Assembly: GCA_036172245.1 (NCBI GenBank)
Contig: JAYWIR010000079.1
Span: 186,001 to 250,000, forward strand
Direction of reading: 5' to 3'
Origin: Raillietiella orientalis
Lineage: Eukaryota
Length of the DNA stretch: 64,000 nucleotides
Position numbers and translations under genes: made by a program. The notes under the pieces were generated by a model. That model did no database searches. It worked only from the letters and a program-made list of their open reading frames with translations, and had not been told where the DNA came from. Positions 1 to 13,025 of the stretch are shown piece after piece (the stretch's first letter is position 1; each line of letters opens with the position of its first letter).

Positions 1-3000
1 GCGACACGTGGTTCCGGAAGGGCGGCGCGCCCGGGCCACGCGTGCGGCGAAGGCTTGAGGTGGTAAAGGTGGGACGCATAGAGCGAGGCCGGTGCGACGG
101 GCGCAGCGTCGTCTCCCGTCGCTCGCTCGACGGCGGAGTGCCGCTACCGGAAGGGTGGAGCAGCTCCGGGGGGATCCGCGTCTGCTTCGACACGGGGGTA
201 CAGGGAGATGTCCTGGGAATGCGCGGGAGGACCGTCGGGGTGCGCGTTCGGTGGAGCCGCCACGCCGACGCATTCCCGGAAACGCCACTCCCGAGCTCCA
301 GCTATCGAGGATCAGGAGGGAGGAAGAAGAACGGATGTGGAGGCAGCGGCCGCACTCTCGCGGTCGGAATCCCAAGGCGCTGACCGGATAGCTCATCGCA
401 TGCAGCGCTTGCGAAGTCGTGGGAGAGCAGCAAGCACCGGGACGACTCCATGCGAGGGAGGAAGGGCGCTGGGGAGGCCGGAGCAGAAGGAAAAGAAAAA
501 GAAGACGGACGCGGTCGTCCGATGCTCGGATGCAGCGCCGCCTGAAGGAACGGTGTGACCCGCCATCCTCCTCTGTGGGAAGCTCGGAAGCTGCTAATGC
601 GGCTTGCGACAGGACGCGTCTGCGTAACTGGCTGTGGCGCGTGCGCGCGCTCTGGGGGCGGGTGGGAAGAGGAGATGGAGGGATGGGCAGAAAGAGGGTC
701 GAGAAGAAAACGAGAGACGGCCGGAAGTTTCCCTGAAGCGCAGAGCAGTGATCGTGTGATGTGAGAAAAAAGAAGCGGGCGGCGCCTGATGGCCGCCCAG
801 AGGATGGAAATGCGCGACGCGCGCACCCGGATGGAGGACGAGGACGAGGATGGGGAACAAGGGAAAGGGAAGCCGCGAAAAACGGGAAGGGAGGGGAGAG
901 GGGAAGGGAAGGTCACCACCATCCCACCCCGTAACGGGACCGCTCGACGGCGCCGACAAGAAGCGGGCCGCGGGTGCGCTGGACGGCCGGCGGCCTCGTA
1001 TCCATGGAAACCGCGGGAGGCTTTTCCGTGGAAAAGTCTAGGCCGTCCGAGAGGCCTCTTCCCTCGGCCCACCTCTCGTCTTGCCGCGGCCGGCGGGATG
1101 CCCACCTTCCCGAGGCCACGTTCGACCCGGGCGCGATCACGCGGATCCGCGTGCGCCCGCGGGGACGGTGCGGAGGACTTCCTCGCAGTGCCTGGTGGAC
1201 GTCACCATGGTGCTGCTGTCGCTGTCCTCGTCGCCTCCTATCTCGTCTGGAAGGTGCCTCCATCAGAAAGCGGCCTCTGAGAGGGTGAGTGTGCTCCCCC
1301 TTCCCCTTCCTGTGCCCCCCTTCGGTCCGGGGGTGCGTGCGAGAGCTTCCGCTCGCACCCTACTTGCGGCGGGCTGTCCCGGTCCCGGACAAGACGTCCG
1401 GTTGACCTTACCTGCCTTTGGCGGTCGCCTTTTTCCGCTTTTGCCGGGATGCCAAGCTCCGTTCGGGTGGAACGCGCGAGCGCTGCCCGCCTGCCGACCT
1501 GCGACGTCGGCCCTCCGGCCGCGTTGCTGCCGTCCCGGTCGTCCACGAGCTTCGAGGGGTCGACGCCCCTCGTGGGCCACCAGTTCTTGCTGGCTGGCGG
1601 CACCCTCTCTCGGACGTTCGCTGCAGGCGCGGCGCACGACAGGTCATGCGGAGCCGCCCCGAGCGACGGACTGCGTGAAAGATTGGCGATTGAAGGACGG
1701 AGGTGGGCGACAGCCGCGCTCACGCGTCCGCTGCCACCGCCACCAATCCGTCCCGCGGAAGGACACGATGGAGGCTTCCCAGCCCTCGTTCCTGGCCACA
1801 TGCGTTCCACCGATCCCGCCCTTGCTTTCAGGCTCATCCGAGCGACGACGGGTGGGAGGACCCTCGTGCGGAGGCTTCCCCCGGAGTCGACGGCTGCGGC
1901 GACGGCTGTTCCAGGGAGCGGGCCTCCTGCTCCGGAGCTGTAGCCCGAACCTGATCGGAGAGCTGGTCTTCGTCCGGCACGAGAGGAAGACACCGACCCG
2001 CCCGCGACACGCGGGCCCCGGCGGATGACCGGGTGAGGTTGCCATTCCCCGGCCTCGCAGTGCGCCCGCAGGTGACTGGCAAAGCCGCCCTTCGCATCTT
2101 CTCAAGAGGTGACCGGGAGCGCCAGACGTAGGGACGCCTCGCGAGCCCGCTCGTCGAGCTGCGGCAGGCAGGCACTCCTGACGCGCAGCACCGGAGGTGG
2201 GGATGTTGCCCGCCTGCGAAGAAGCTGCGTAGCTCTTCCAGCGCGTGGAGAGGTGTCTGTGCGCGCCGAGGCTCTTTGCCGGATGGGTGCCGACGGATGG
2301 TATGCCATCGCCGGTGCTCGACCTCCCTCGGATGTGCGGGCGGTCGCTGGCTGCTGCCTGCCGCCTGCTCGGGGTGGCTCACTCGTGGGAGGCTGCGCGT
2401 GGGCCGCCGTTTTCCCGCGGTGGGGGAATTCTGCGCTCTCTGAGCCGCGTTCGCCGCTCGCGCAGCAGCTGATAGACTTCTGATAGACCTGCTGTCCTTT
2501 CCCCCTCAGGTGGTTGCCCGGAAAGCTGCAACCAAGCGCCTCGACATGTGCGCCTCCTCAGGGGGTTTTCTTTATTCTGTTCCCTCAGGTTGGCGTCGCC
2601 TGTCCCTGCGGAGAGTCCTGGCCTGCAAGGGTAGGAGGGTGGCTTGGACAGGATCGCGTGGGCTCACGGCAGTTGTGAATCGGCTCACACTGCTTCAAGT
2701 GCGACGCGCGCAGAGTGGGAGGGAGTGCGCGTGTTTCCCGGGTCGCTTGCCAGTTGCCAGGCAGAATCGGGGTCCGGAAGACTTCTTGCGCTCTGGACGG
2801 GAGTATAGTCCCAAGCGGGTGCTGCCGTCGCGACGAGGCAGCACCCACTGGCTCTCTCTCTCTCTCCTCTCTCTCTCTCGCGCAATCCTCCTCCTGCGGC
2901 AGGTGTCGGGAGTCAGGTGGTGAGCATCCCAGCTACGCACGCACTCAAGCGAAAGTGAAAGATTTTTTCCCTCTTCAGATGAGACGAGAAGCTTGGGGAA

Positions 3001-3640
3001 TCGGCGTGTCCGTTGCTGCTCTCGATGCGCTGGCAGTGTTTGGAACTGCTGCTCCCGCGTGGCTGTTCGCCGTGCTGCAAGGAAGAAGAAGGTTCGGGAC
3101 GAGCGAAAGCAAAGCGGTGGTCTGCTTCGGGCCGGGATCGCCCCGAGAGCAATCCTCCCGCCTTTCCTTCGATGTGGTCTCTCGGAGCAATAAATGGATT
3201 GTCCACACTTGCGTTGCCCGCAATGTGTGCTCGCTGGGTTGTGGGTCCGGGATGGGTTGGGGGAGGTGTATTTCAGGAAGACGCGCTCTGTAAAGCACGC
3301 CGCTCTGCAGGGAGAGCGGAGCGTGCGAGTGCAGGACAATGAGGATGGCTTCGCTGCTGCGGCTGCTTGGAGCGATGCTGTACGGCTGCGAGGGAAGGGG
3401 GGCCGTTTGGGCGTGTCCGGTCGTCGGAGTGTCGGCACCAGTGGCGTCTCTTCTTTTCTTGCAGGAGAGTGCGGACCTCGGATTTTTTTGTGGGAGGGAC
3501 TGGAGGCGAGCCTCTGTTGCCGTCGGCGTTGAGATCTCAGGGTTGTGCATCCGGCTAGTTTTCAGTGGGGTGTCGCTAATGGATTTGTTCTCACGTTTGC
3601 GGTACACTTACCAATGTAGGGAATTGTGATGCTGTTAATT
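1..3640 (+). mobile_element. Degenerate non-LTR retrotransposon, L1/Tx1-like (ORF1 remnant + ORF2 endonuclease/RT/C-terminal Zn region), frameshifted
   Basis: GC-rich block with broken ORFs. 'SYRGSGGRKKNGCGGSG' resembles the Tx1 ORF1 YRGQ..C..CG..GH region. 'RRVLACKGRRVAWTGSRGLTAVVNRLTL' resembles the L1 RT thumb (W..R.LS..GR..VN.L). 'RSVKHAALQ' resembles the C-terminal E(S/T)VEH..F.C motif. T-rich 3' tail follows. Motif order fits but all are decayed. Confidence 0.6.
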
Positions 3641-3767
3641 GTTCTGTTTCCATTGTAGGTAATTGTATATTTTTGGGTTTTACGTTTGTCTTTTGCGCTC
3701 TTAAGGTTGTTTTCTTTATTTTCGGCAGTAGTCCGTGGATGTATAGGTCAATTGGTTTGGTGGTTTT

Positions 3768-3987
3768 GTATGCTCCTAACTATCCATTATAACCAAAAAA
3801 GAAATAATGATTACATACCCCATAAACAGTAAACACTTATCATTGAACCTACATGAACAATAAACCCCATTCCATTCCTGCCAACCTTATGAATGATCAC
3901 TCTATTAACACTACCCTACTCCAACAAACAATCCACAAACCCACACTCACAACCATCATCCTAACCAACACCACTCTATAATCCAAA
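3768..3987 (-). pseudogene. nad5: NUMT: 5' part of mitochondrial nad5
   Basis: Strong C/A skew on +. Minus strand in the invertebrate mitochondrial code reads LDYSVVLVSMMVVSVGLWIVCWSSVVLMEWSFMSLAGMEWGLLFM*, then after frameshifts LLFMGYVIIISF and MMDS*EH. This matches the ND5 N-terminus pattern (..MEW....D..SLLFM.FV..IS..V..YS.EYM). Confidence 0.75.
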
Positions 3988-4041
3988 GCCAATAACTACC
4001 TACGATACCAGAAATCATCATTCTCATTAAACTATCTTGGC
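3988..4041 (-). tRNA. trnH: NUMT: mitochondrial tRNA-His pseudogene, T-arm-less (54 nt), anticodon GTG mutated to CTG
   Basis: Minus: GCCAAGA TAGTTTAATGAGAATG ATGAT TTCTGGT ATCGT AGGTAGTTA TTGGC. Acceptor GCCAA/TTGGC, 'TAGTTTAA' D-arm, anticodon stem ATGAT/ATCGT, no T-arm. Lies directly upstream of nad5, as in the common trnH-nad5 gene order. Confidence 0.65.
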
Positions 4042-4779
4042 CTAATTAAAATAGAGGCATGCTATTTCTATGCTATTCCTCTTGGTGTTGTTATAGAAAA
4101 AGACATATACAGTTGAAGTTATGCTGAAATGCTCGGTCTGAAAATATACTGGAATCAATTTTGCTGCTATGAGGATCGAAACTAAAGATTGTTTAATATT
4201 TAGATGTGACTTTGTGGAAGGTGAGTATTAATATTTCGTAACTGATTTTTGAACGATTCGATTTAAGTCTAATTGCACGTGTAGGCTGAGGAAACTGCAA
4301 TGGGCATGTTCTTTTTTGAGAAGTACTGTGGGTTTCCTTTGTATTTGAAGTCTGATCGTTCACAAGTGGTTATTCTAATTGGTGTTGAATGTTTCAAATG
4401 ATAATCTTTCTTTGTACAACTTTTTTTTTTTTTATAATGGATCCTATAATGTCCCAATATATGAAGGAACCTTTCGCCTTTTATGCCATAGTGCTGTTGC
4501 TGCCGTGGAATCTTGCTGCCTCTTGCTAATTCTCACTTGCTTTCATGTGAATATAAGGAAAATACTAAACTTGCATTCCTTTTGCTAACGAAAACTGTGT
4601 ATGAGACATCGTATACGTACGGGAATGTCAGTTTGCATCCACCATACCATACAGCATTTTGGAAAAGTACGTTTGCTGCTCATGGCCTATTTATTTCCGA
4701 GCAACCAGAGCCCAGTTGTACATGAAAGTGGACAGCTTCACACTTCATGGATGATGGATGGATGATGATGACATGCTGA

Positions 4780-5500
4780 TGCAATTCCAAGGTTTCGGAA
4801 ACGGTTTGCTCACTAAGATGGGAGTGAATGAAAAACCTCAATGATCGAAAATATGAGATTAGGATGCCGTATGTGTGTTTTCCTTGTTATTTTGTGTTTC
4901 GGTTTCGTAGATTGGTACATAAAATTCCAATTACTTCTAATAAATCAGACAAAAATAACACAGAGGACAACACGAGGATAACGCACAAAACGAATGCGAG
5001 GTTGACAATATGGTTTTTAGATAATCGGTTGGTGCGTTCAACACGTGTGGAGTAGCACGGCTGTTAATTTGTTCCGTATAGTATTCTTCTCTTGACTAAA
5101 TTGCAAAACGAAATATCCACAGTGTTCCATAAATAATGTTTTCAATTCGTGTCTGTTCCGAAGTTTGTTTCGCATTGGGGCAGAAGTATTCGTTTGTTTT
5201 ACTGACAATGAGGCAATCAGAATTTTAAGTGGAAGATTAATAATTTTTGTCATTTTATCCATTTCGAAGGCCGTTCGCGGGTACAAGAATTTGGAGGAAC
5301 TTATCGTTCAGTGATAGAATCGATATATCATTTTATTCAGTAGCGTGAATTGGAACCGTACTTTCTGCATATGAAAGCATTGTATTTTGATTTTTAAGAC
5401 ATGCACTATCATCACTTGGTTTCAAGAAGTGAATTGGATTTCATAAGCGTTGAAACTTGCCTGCCAGTAGGTATTTCGTAGGCAAATGTTTTCGTAATAA
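4780..5500. promoter_or_regulatory. CpG-retaining putative promoter region upstream of HisRS
   Basis: About 25 CpG in 4781-5340 versus 5 CpG in the 2.1-kb intron 5940-8037 (hand counts). Located immediately 5' of the gene. Confidence 0.4.
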
Positions 5501-5717
5501 AAGTCTAAAATTGAGTCTAAAATTCAAACCAAAATACTGAATGTGTCTGGAGGCTGAGAAAATAGGGGGGAGTTCAGGATTTCTTCACATTTATGAAACT
5601 AATATAAATTAAAAGTTTGATGAGCATTTCTTGCTTCCCAAGGTGTTGTCAAATCAATCAGCTAAAAGGATTTTATATCGATGTTTTTATGCAAACAACT
5701 GGAGAAACTTTCAAATA

Positions 5718-8700
5718 ATGGAAATCAGTTCTATGAACATCAATAGTTCTAATGAAACCAGTTGCATTATTAAAAATAAAAAAGAGAGCGAATCAAAGTT
5801 TATATTGAAGACACCCAAAGGAACCAGAGATCTCAATCCCCATCAAACAGCAATCAGAGAAAAAGTTTTAGAAAGTATCACAAAATGTTTCAAATTACAT
5901 GGTGGGAAAGCCATAGATACTCCTATTTTTGAACTAAAAGTATGTAGCATGATTCTGTTTTTTGTTTTCTTTTGTTGGCAAAGCAACTTGATTGAAAAAC
6001 TTCATGTACTTGTTTCATTTGTTACTTTCAGATATGAAGAATTTTAAAACATGTTTGCATATTATAAATGTCTAGTTTTTAAATACCACAAAAGATTTGA
6101 ATTTTTAACACATTTAACTCATTCATCATTGGGATTCTAGTTTTTCTTTGATAGATCTGTCTCCATTCTGGATGCATGAAGTTATTTGGAAACCCTCTTA
6201 ATTTCCTAAGATTGATAATAGTATGAGTGAACTTGCATCAGTACACATAATAGTGGTTCTGAAAAGAATTTTGAATCACTTACCAGTTTTTATTCAAAAC
6301 CTCAGATTTTAAATAATATGAATTCACCTTTTTGTTGATATGCAAAATTTCTTCACATTAGACAGACTTTCAAATCTGTTCTGATTATTTTAAATTGAAC
6401 CGTTCAGTAACTGCTTCCCAAGGAATGTCATTGATGGTCGATAGTTTTGCAGATCTGGAATACCTCCTTGTGCATGTAATTTAACATTTGGTAAGCAGAT
6501 AATGTGGATAGTAGTGAGTTAGCCCCTATTTTTATCATTTTAAAGTTCATTTTTCTTCATTGTAGGAAAATTATTTATGAAGTTTCAAAGTGTATTGTGA
6601 ATATGTTAACCCCTTCATTTGCATTTACTGGTTTTTGTCAAAGGCTACTGTTAACATCTGGTGCACTTGTTTTTTGGCAGAAATCAAAATTATTTCAACT
6701 ATTTGGATGAAACTCATTTATTTATAGTCAATTTAGTTGGTATCATTCAGTTTCTTCATTTTTTATATTATGGTTATTTTAGTGTACTTGCTTTCTTAAC
6801 AGAGTTGTGAATTGGTTTTCTGGTGGAGTGGTTTCTGGATTATGTTATATAATTTTATCTATGAACATGCACTGCAACAGCTGCTTTCATTTTTCCAAAT
6901 TTTCTACAGTTTCATTTTTATAAAATCTTATAGTTCCATATGCTAATTTTAATTCCCAGTTGGAAAGCATTTCTGTTTGTTTGTATTTAAACAAGATATT
7001 CTAGAAGACATTATTGTATGCATTGCATTGCAGTTTGTTGACAGGTTGTATGTGACTGTATAAAATAGCAAGAATCTATTTTTTTATATTGTGAAAACAA
7101 ATTTTACCTTTGAAATTCTGGAATTGTTTTCCAGAGTATTGAAGGTCTTTCAGATCTATTCAAAATCTATGTAAATGTTACAATTTGATGTTGCAACAAT
7201 ATCCTAGCACTTGTTAACTTTGTAGTGTCTATAGCTCTGAGAGCCCTCTGTATTTACTTGAGTGAGGTATATTTCATTCACTTCAGGAATAAACTGTAAG
7301 AGAGAATGAGTTGTCTAGTTTCTGAGGTGATATAGTTTATTGTTTTTGAAGATTACCCATATGAAAGCCTCGTGGTGTGGAATCATATTCATGTTGAATT
7401 AACAACTGAATAGTGCCTCTTGTTTGTGTATTTTAGTGCATTGTTATAACACTATTGTTTTTACATATTGCAGTAGAAATCGAAAAAATTATCTACATAT
7501 TATTGATATACTTTTGTGCACATTATTTCAGTGAAATTTCTGTTTTTATTTGTGCAAGTAGGATGAATAGAATAATAACAGTGCTGTTCCATGCCTATGG
7601 TTTCTGAACACAAAAAAATGTGTAAAAGAGTATATCATGATTCTGTATGGATTTTCTGTGGAAAACAGTCATTGGCTCTAGAAAATCACTGGTGAATAGC
7701 ATAATGCAAATGTAAACAAAATGAAATTAATGTGTTGATTGTGTATGTTGACTGAATACTTTAGTTTACTGATGTATACATTTCATTCACAATATTGATT
7801 ACGTTTCATAATTTATTGTATCATAATTGTAAAGATATTACATACAGTGTAAATCAGTGTTCAATAATATATTCCAAATTCCTATTTCCATTTCCAGTAT
7901 TATCTACAAATGTATCTAGAGATGTAAGAGTATCTACTTGTTGGAAAGATTTGGTGTGAATTGTTAGCATGCATTTGCATTCTTAATGTGCATTTGGTTT
8001 TCTTATTTTGACATATCTTAATGTTTTGCATTTGCAGGAAGTGCTTACTGGGAAGTATGGAGAGGACTCTAAACTGATATATGATTTGGCAGATCAAGGC
8101 GGAGAGTTGCTATCATTACGTTATGATCTCACAGTTCCATTTGCTCGCTACTTGGCCATGAACAAGATTACTAATATGAAACGCTATCATATTGGAAAAG
8201 TATATAGACGAGACAATCCGATCATGACCAAGGGTCGCTATCGAGAATTTTATCAGTGTGTATGTTCAGGCATATGGGAAAAATATTTCATGCATTTATT
8301 TCATGAAGGATTTTGATATCGCTGGCAGCTATGATCCCTTGCTCCCAGATTCTGAGTGCATCCGATTAACTTGTGAGGTTTTGAAAGAATTGGGTTTTTA
8401 TAATTTCACGATCAAATTAAATCATCGAGCATTGCTTGATGGTATTTTTCAAGTTTGTGATGTTCCCACTGAACTACTGAGAACTATATCTTCTTCAGTG
8501 GATAAACTAGATAAGGTTATTGAATGACATAAGAGTTTGGATTTGGTCATGCATTATTCTGTAGATGACATGGGAGGAAGTGAAAGAAGAAATGGTAAAC
8601 GAAAAGCATTTGCCTGTTTCTGTAGCAGATCAAATTGGTCATTATGTGAGACAGAAGGGTAGAGAAGATCTCTTGAAGAATTTTCAAGATGACTGCAATC

Positions 8701-9417
8701 TAATGAGCAATCAATGTGCTGTGATGGGAATTAAAGATTTGAGGCTGCTACTCCACTATTGTGAACTCTATGGAGTCAGTGATTACTTGACGTTCGATAT
8801 GAGTCTTGCTCGAGGTCTAGATTATTACACTGGAATTATTTTTGAGGCAGTGTTGTCATCTAATCAAGAAGAAACAGGAGTAGGCAGCATAGCTGGTGGA
8901 GGGAGATATGATGGATTGGTGGGCATGTTTGATCGTAAGGTAAGAATATTTATTTATTCACTATCACTAACAGTTTTTGTAGCAAAAGCAGGTACCATGT
9001 GTAGGTCTTAGTATTGGAATTGAGCGCATTTTTGGCCTTCTTGAGCAGAAGCAGTCCCAGGATACAAGAAGTAGAGCTGATGTGTTTGTAGCATCAGCAC
9101 ATAAAGGTTTGCATGAGAAACGTATGCAGTTGTGCTGCCAACTTTGGGATGCTGGCATTCGTGTATGTACTCATGACAAATTGGAATCCAAGAAATATAT
9201 TAAATTTTCATAGGCGGAACATTCTTATAAACAGAATCCCAAGCTATTGCAGCAATTACAGTATTGTGAAGAGCACAATATTCCTTTGGTGTTAATTATA
9301 GGGGAACTTGAATTGCAGAAAGGGATGGTTAAGCTGCGTCATGTGGCTTCACGTGTTGAGGATGATGTATATATGACTGAACTGATTGAAAAATTGCGTA
9401 AAACCTTGGTCTCTTAA
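5718..9417 (+). CDS. HARS: Histidyl-tRNA synthetase (eukaryotic type), 6 coding exons
   Basis: Exons 5718-5939, 8038-8259, 8309-8515, 8565-8939, 8983-9162, 9214-9417, all GT-AG and in phase. Motifs [71 protein letters not shown] at 9423. True N-terminus uncertain (frame open from 5631). Confidence 0.95.
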
Positions 9418-10004
9418 TCTTCAATAAATAGGGTTGAATTGAATAGAGTTATGTCTGAACCCATCTTATTAGTTTGAACATAACTTTTGTGTATATTTAC
9501 TGTTAATTTTTAACCATTCCTGATTATGTGCCGTAAATATGGATTTCGGCTAAAGTGTTACTGAAATTAAGGAAAACAAGCTTTCACCTTAATGCTAAAA
9601 TGCATCGTGCTGTGCTTATCCCAAGACTCCAATTGTCATGATTTTACACATTTCAGCATATGCCCAGTTTCAGGCAAAGCAGAGACTGATTGACAAGCCA
9701 TTTGGTAAATTATGTGTGTACTTTTTTGAGTACAGTGCACAGTTGACAATAAGTATTGCAGGATAATGGGCAATTCGAGAAAAATGAATTAGTCTCGTGA
9801 TGACAATGAAATTGAAAGCATCTGTGATGTTACATTGCATCACTAATATCCCACTTTAGAGCATTAATTTCACATATGTGACTGAATGATATGTCTGATT
9901 GGAAAAAAATATTGAGTAGCATGTAACATATTCTGTTGTCTTCTCAGAGATGCTTGAAATGAGAAATGTGGAAATTTTAAATGTGATATCTCTTGCATAG
10001 CACA

Positions 10005-13000
10005 ATGGCGGAATACTCCCAATCATATGAATTTGATGTAGATATAGATAATGTAGTCAGTACTGCTTTTGGCTCACATCCGCAGTCTTACGATGGATTT
10101 GATGCAAAGCTGCAACAGTAAGCAACTGTCATGTTTACTTGAGATTGGAGCCTGATCCTTTTCATAAGTGCCATTTAAACATAATTCAGTCCATGTTGGT
10201 CAAAAAATAGTAACAGTTTAAGCTTGATTTTGATAGATCGTTACAGTTAGTAAGCAGTAAAAAAGCAAGTTTCACAGCTGAACTACTTTCAGGGAAGCAT
10301 TTTCTGCAAATGCGGCTCAGTTGGGCAGTTATTCATATGACTACCAGGCAACTCAACAGTGAGTTTCTCGACATTCTTGACCAGTACAAGACAACATGCC
10401 AGTTTCTGTTTGTAGAACGAGCTTACCAACTTCTCCTCAGAACACCTTTGCATTTGGTAACTACAGTAACGTAGTCCCTGAGCAGTGAGTATGTTGCGAA
10501 AATTAACAGACTTGAAAATAGGGTTTTAGCCAGTATTCAGTGGAATATATGAGGCACTTGGATAAACTGAATCAGACCATGCTTGATGTAAAACATCAAG
10601 GAGTTATGACGTCTTTTGAAGATGAACCTCCTTTACTTGAAGGCATGATACATGATTTACAACTATGTTTTATTACTTATATTATGATAGAACTATGAAA
10701 TGAGTTATAGGGTCATATGTAGGAAATTAACACTTGGAATGTGGATGTTCAGATTGACACAAGACTTATTGATTTATCCATTGTCATTTCAGATATCTAT
10801 TGTAATTTGTGCACCATACTCTATTTTGGTAGTAATATCAGTAACAGTTAATCATGACTCGTGTACTCTTAATTTTTGGATGTTGCCATTTTGCAAAATA
10901 TGTTTTTCTCTTTTGCAAGTAGCTAACAGTAGTAGCAATTGTTTTGGAACTTTTCGTTTTAATTTCAGTAATTTCATTTATGGTGCTTGACACTCTTTTA
11001 TAATGTTTTTTCCTATACCATTGTGAGTTTTAATGAACATTGTGTTAGACGAAAATAATTGCATCGTGAGCTAGTGAATCCATTTTAATTTGATAAAGGA
11101 ATTTACCAGCATGTTTCGCTGACTTAGCAATGGAAGAAAAGTTAGAAATCTAGCTTGGAACCTTTTGCCAATCATTTGTTTGCAATCATCGCCCTGCATC
11201 CATAAGACCCTTTTTTTAACCCCTGCCTCCAGTTTCGTGTTTTCATAACATCTTTAATTCATTAAAAATTTCGTCACACGTTTCATTTGGTGGAAGGATC
11301 TACCCTATGTAATAGGCGGATTATGATTTTGTGAAGTCTTAATTTTGAGCTTTTATAACCATGTCATTGAAAATTATTGAATTGCTAATTTTGAAATTAA
11401 GTATCAGTTGTGTTATGTTTCAGAATTGGGCATAAATCCCGACCACATACTGCAGAAAGTGAGTTTGCATTATTGTTTCATCTATTAATGCGTAGGTTCA
11501 TAAATATTTACGCGCTTTGAGTATTCATTTATTATATAATTTTGACCTTTTGAAATCCGAAATCATTTTCACATCAAGATTTAAAGTGACAAATTTGTGT
11601 GCTTTGTGTTTCATTGCATGGATATAAGTGGGAATCAATTCTGCATCCTAGCATACCATCGTAGCATGCATTCTTCAGCAGAGATTCCACTTTGGGGCAA
11701 GCGTTTCATTTCTATATGAATAAATTGCTGTCGTGCTAGAGGTATTCTCGCCCTTTTCCTAAGGAATGAGTTCTTGATTTCCTTCCGTAGATTAAGTTTA
11801 AAAATCCCCATGTTTGTAGACATGATAAAAGTATGCCATCTTGGGCAGTGCCTTCAGACAGTTGCTAGCAGCACGTTTTGCAATAGTGACAATAATGTGA
11901 AAATGAATTCAATCTCAACATTTAAATATAAAATCCATTATAAATCTATGGTGCAAACTTCCACTTCGTTAGTGATGTTTTTCGTGTTGGGCTGGAATGA
12001 ACGGAATACTCATTTTTGATAGTTCTGCCATGATCTAATTTCAAATTTTGCGTGTTTTGGAAATTGGGAAAAATCTTGCCGTAGTGTCATCATTCTAACT
12101 TCACATGCATGTATGTGCTATTCATATTGTCATACTGTACTACAGAAGTCTTCCAGCTGAGGTATCTCTGCTTTTAGCATGGAACCTCTATTTCCATACA
12201 ATGCTTGCATGCTTTTTTCCCACTTCCTCAGTAGCTTCTGCATCTGCCTTCAGAGTATGCACACACATGTTGCTTTGTTCCAGTCAGTGTTTGCATAGAT
12301 TTTTTAAACACCTTCAAAAGTAGTTTTTATTAAAATCAAGATGTTTTGTTTGTGTGATTAGCCCTCATTCTTATCACACCTACTTTTTTGCAGACATTAT
12401 CTGTTATCAATCCCATGAGAATTACAGATGCTTCAATTTTACAAGAAATTGATCTTGCTGGCCCATTGGTTCTGTGCATTGCCTTCGGCTCTTTCCTCAT
12501 TTTTGTAAGTTCAGTCTTTTTTATTAAGAATTCTGACAATTCCCAAATTCAAATATCTCCCCCAAAATCATCCATTTTCAGTCTGGGAAGCTTCATTTTG
12601 GATACATTTACAGTATCGCAGTGATCGGATGCATTCTAATGTATTTGTTGTTAAATCTCATGAGTAACACCGGTGCAGGCCTGGGTACAGTTTTTACAGT
12701 CTTGGGCTATTGCTTACTTCCTGTGGTTGTGTTATCTGGAATTTCCGTCCTTACATCGTTGAAGTAAGCAGACAGCTATTCAATAATCTCCTCAGTTTTC
12801 ATTCAATGCTTTCTTGCTTTCTCTCTTGAGAATTATGACTGCAATACTTATGTCTGTTTTAGGGGATTTTTTGGAATTCTGCTAACAGTCGCAGCTGTTC
12901 TTTGGTCCAGTCTGTCAGCATCTGGATTGTTCGTTACCGCCCTTTGCTTGTATGACCAGCAGTCATTGGTGGCTTACCCATGTGCGCTGCTTTATGGTTT

Positions 13001-13025
13001 GTTTGCACTCATGGCAGTATTCTAA
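10005..13025 (+). CDS. YIPF5: Yip1-domain protein YIPF5/YIPF7-like, 8 coding exons
   Basis: Exons 10005-10117, 10293-10358, 10416-10484, 10530-10642 (GC donor), 11424-11458, 12394-12504, 12582-12763, 12863-13025. Motifs [61 protein letters not shown]. Confidence 0.9.

Noticed and set aside
2852..2879. (CT)n microsatellite, and poly-A/T and (CAA)n runs elsewhere (e.g. 43665, 45446, 48563)
   Set aside because: Ordinary simple repeats.
42..3629. Many long overlapping ORFs on both strands (up to 315 aa)
   Set aside because: Expected in high-GC sequence. Arg/Pro/Ala-rich with no coherent protein; the only recognisable motifs are scattered retrotransposon remnants.
3988..4041. Functional tRNA-Gln (CTG anticodon)
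   Set aside because: Body and position match mitochondrial trnH within a decayed NUMT; CTG is best explained as a point mutation of GTG.
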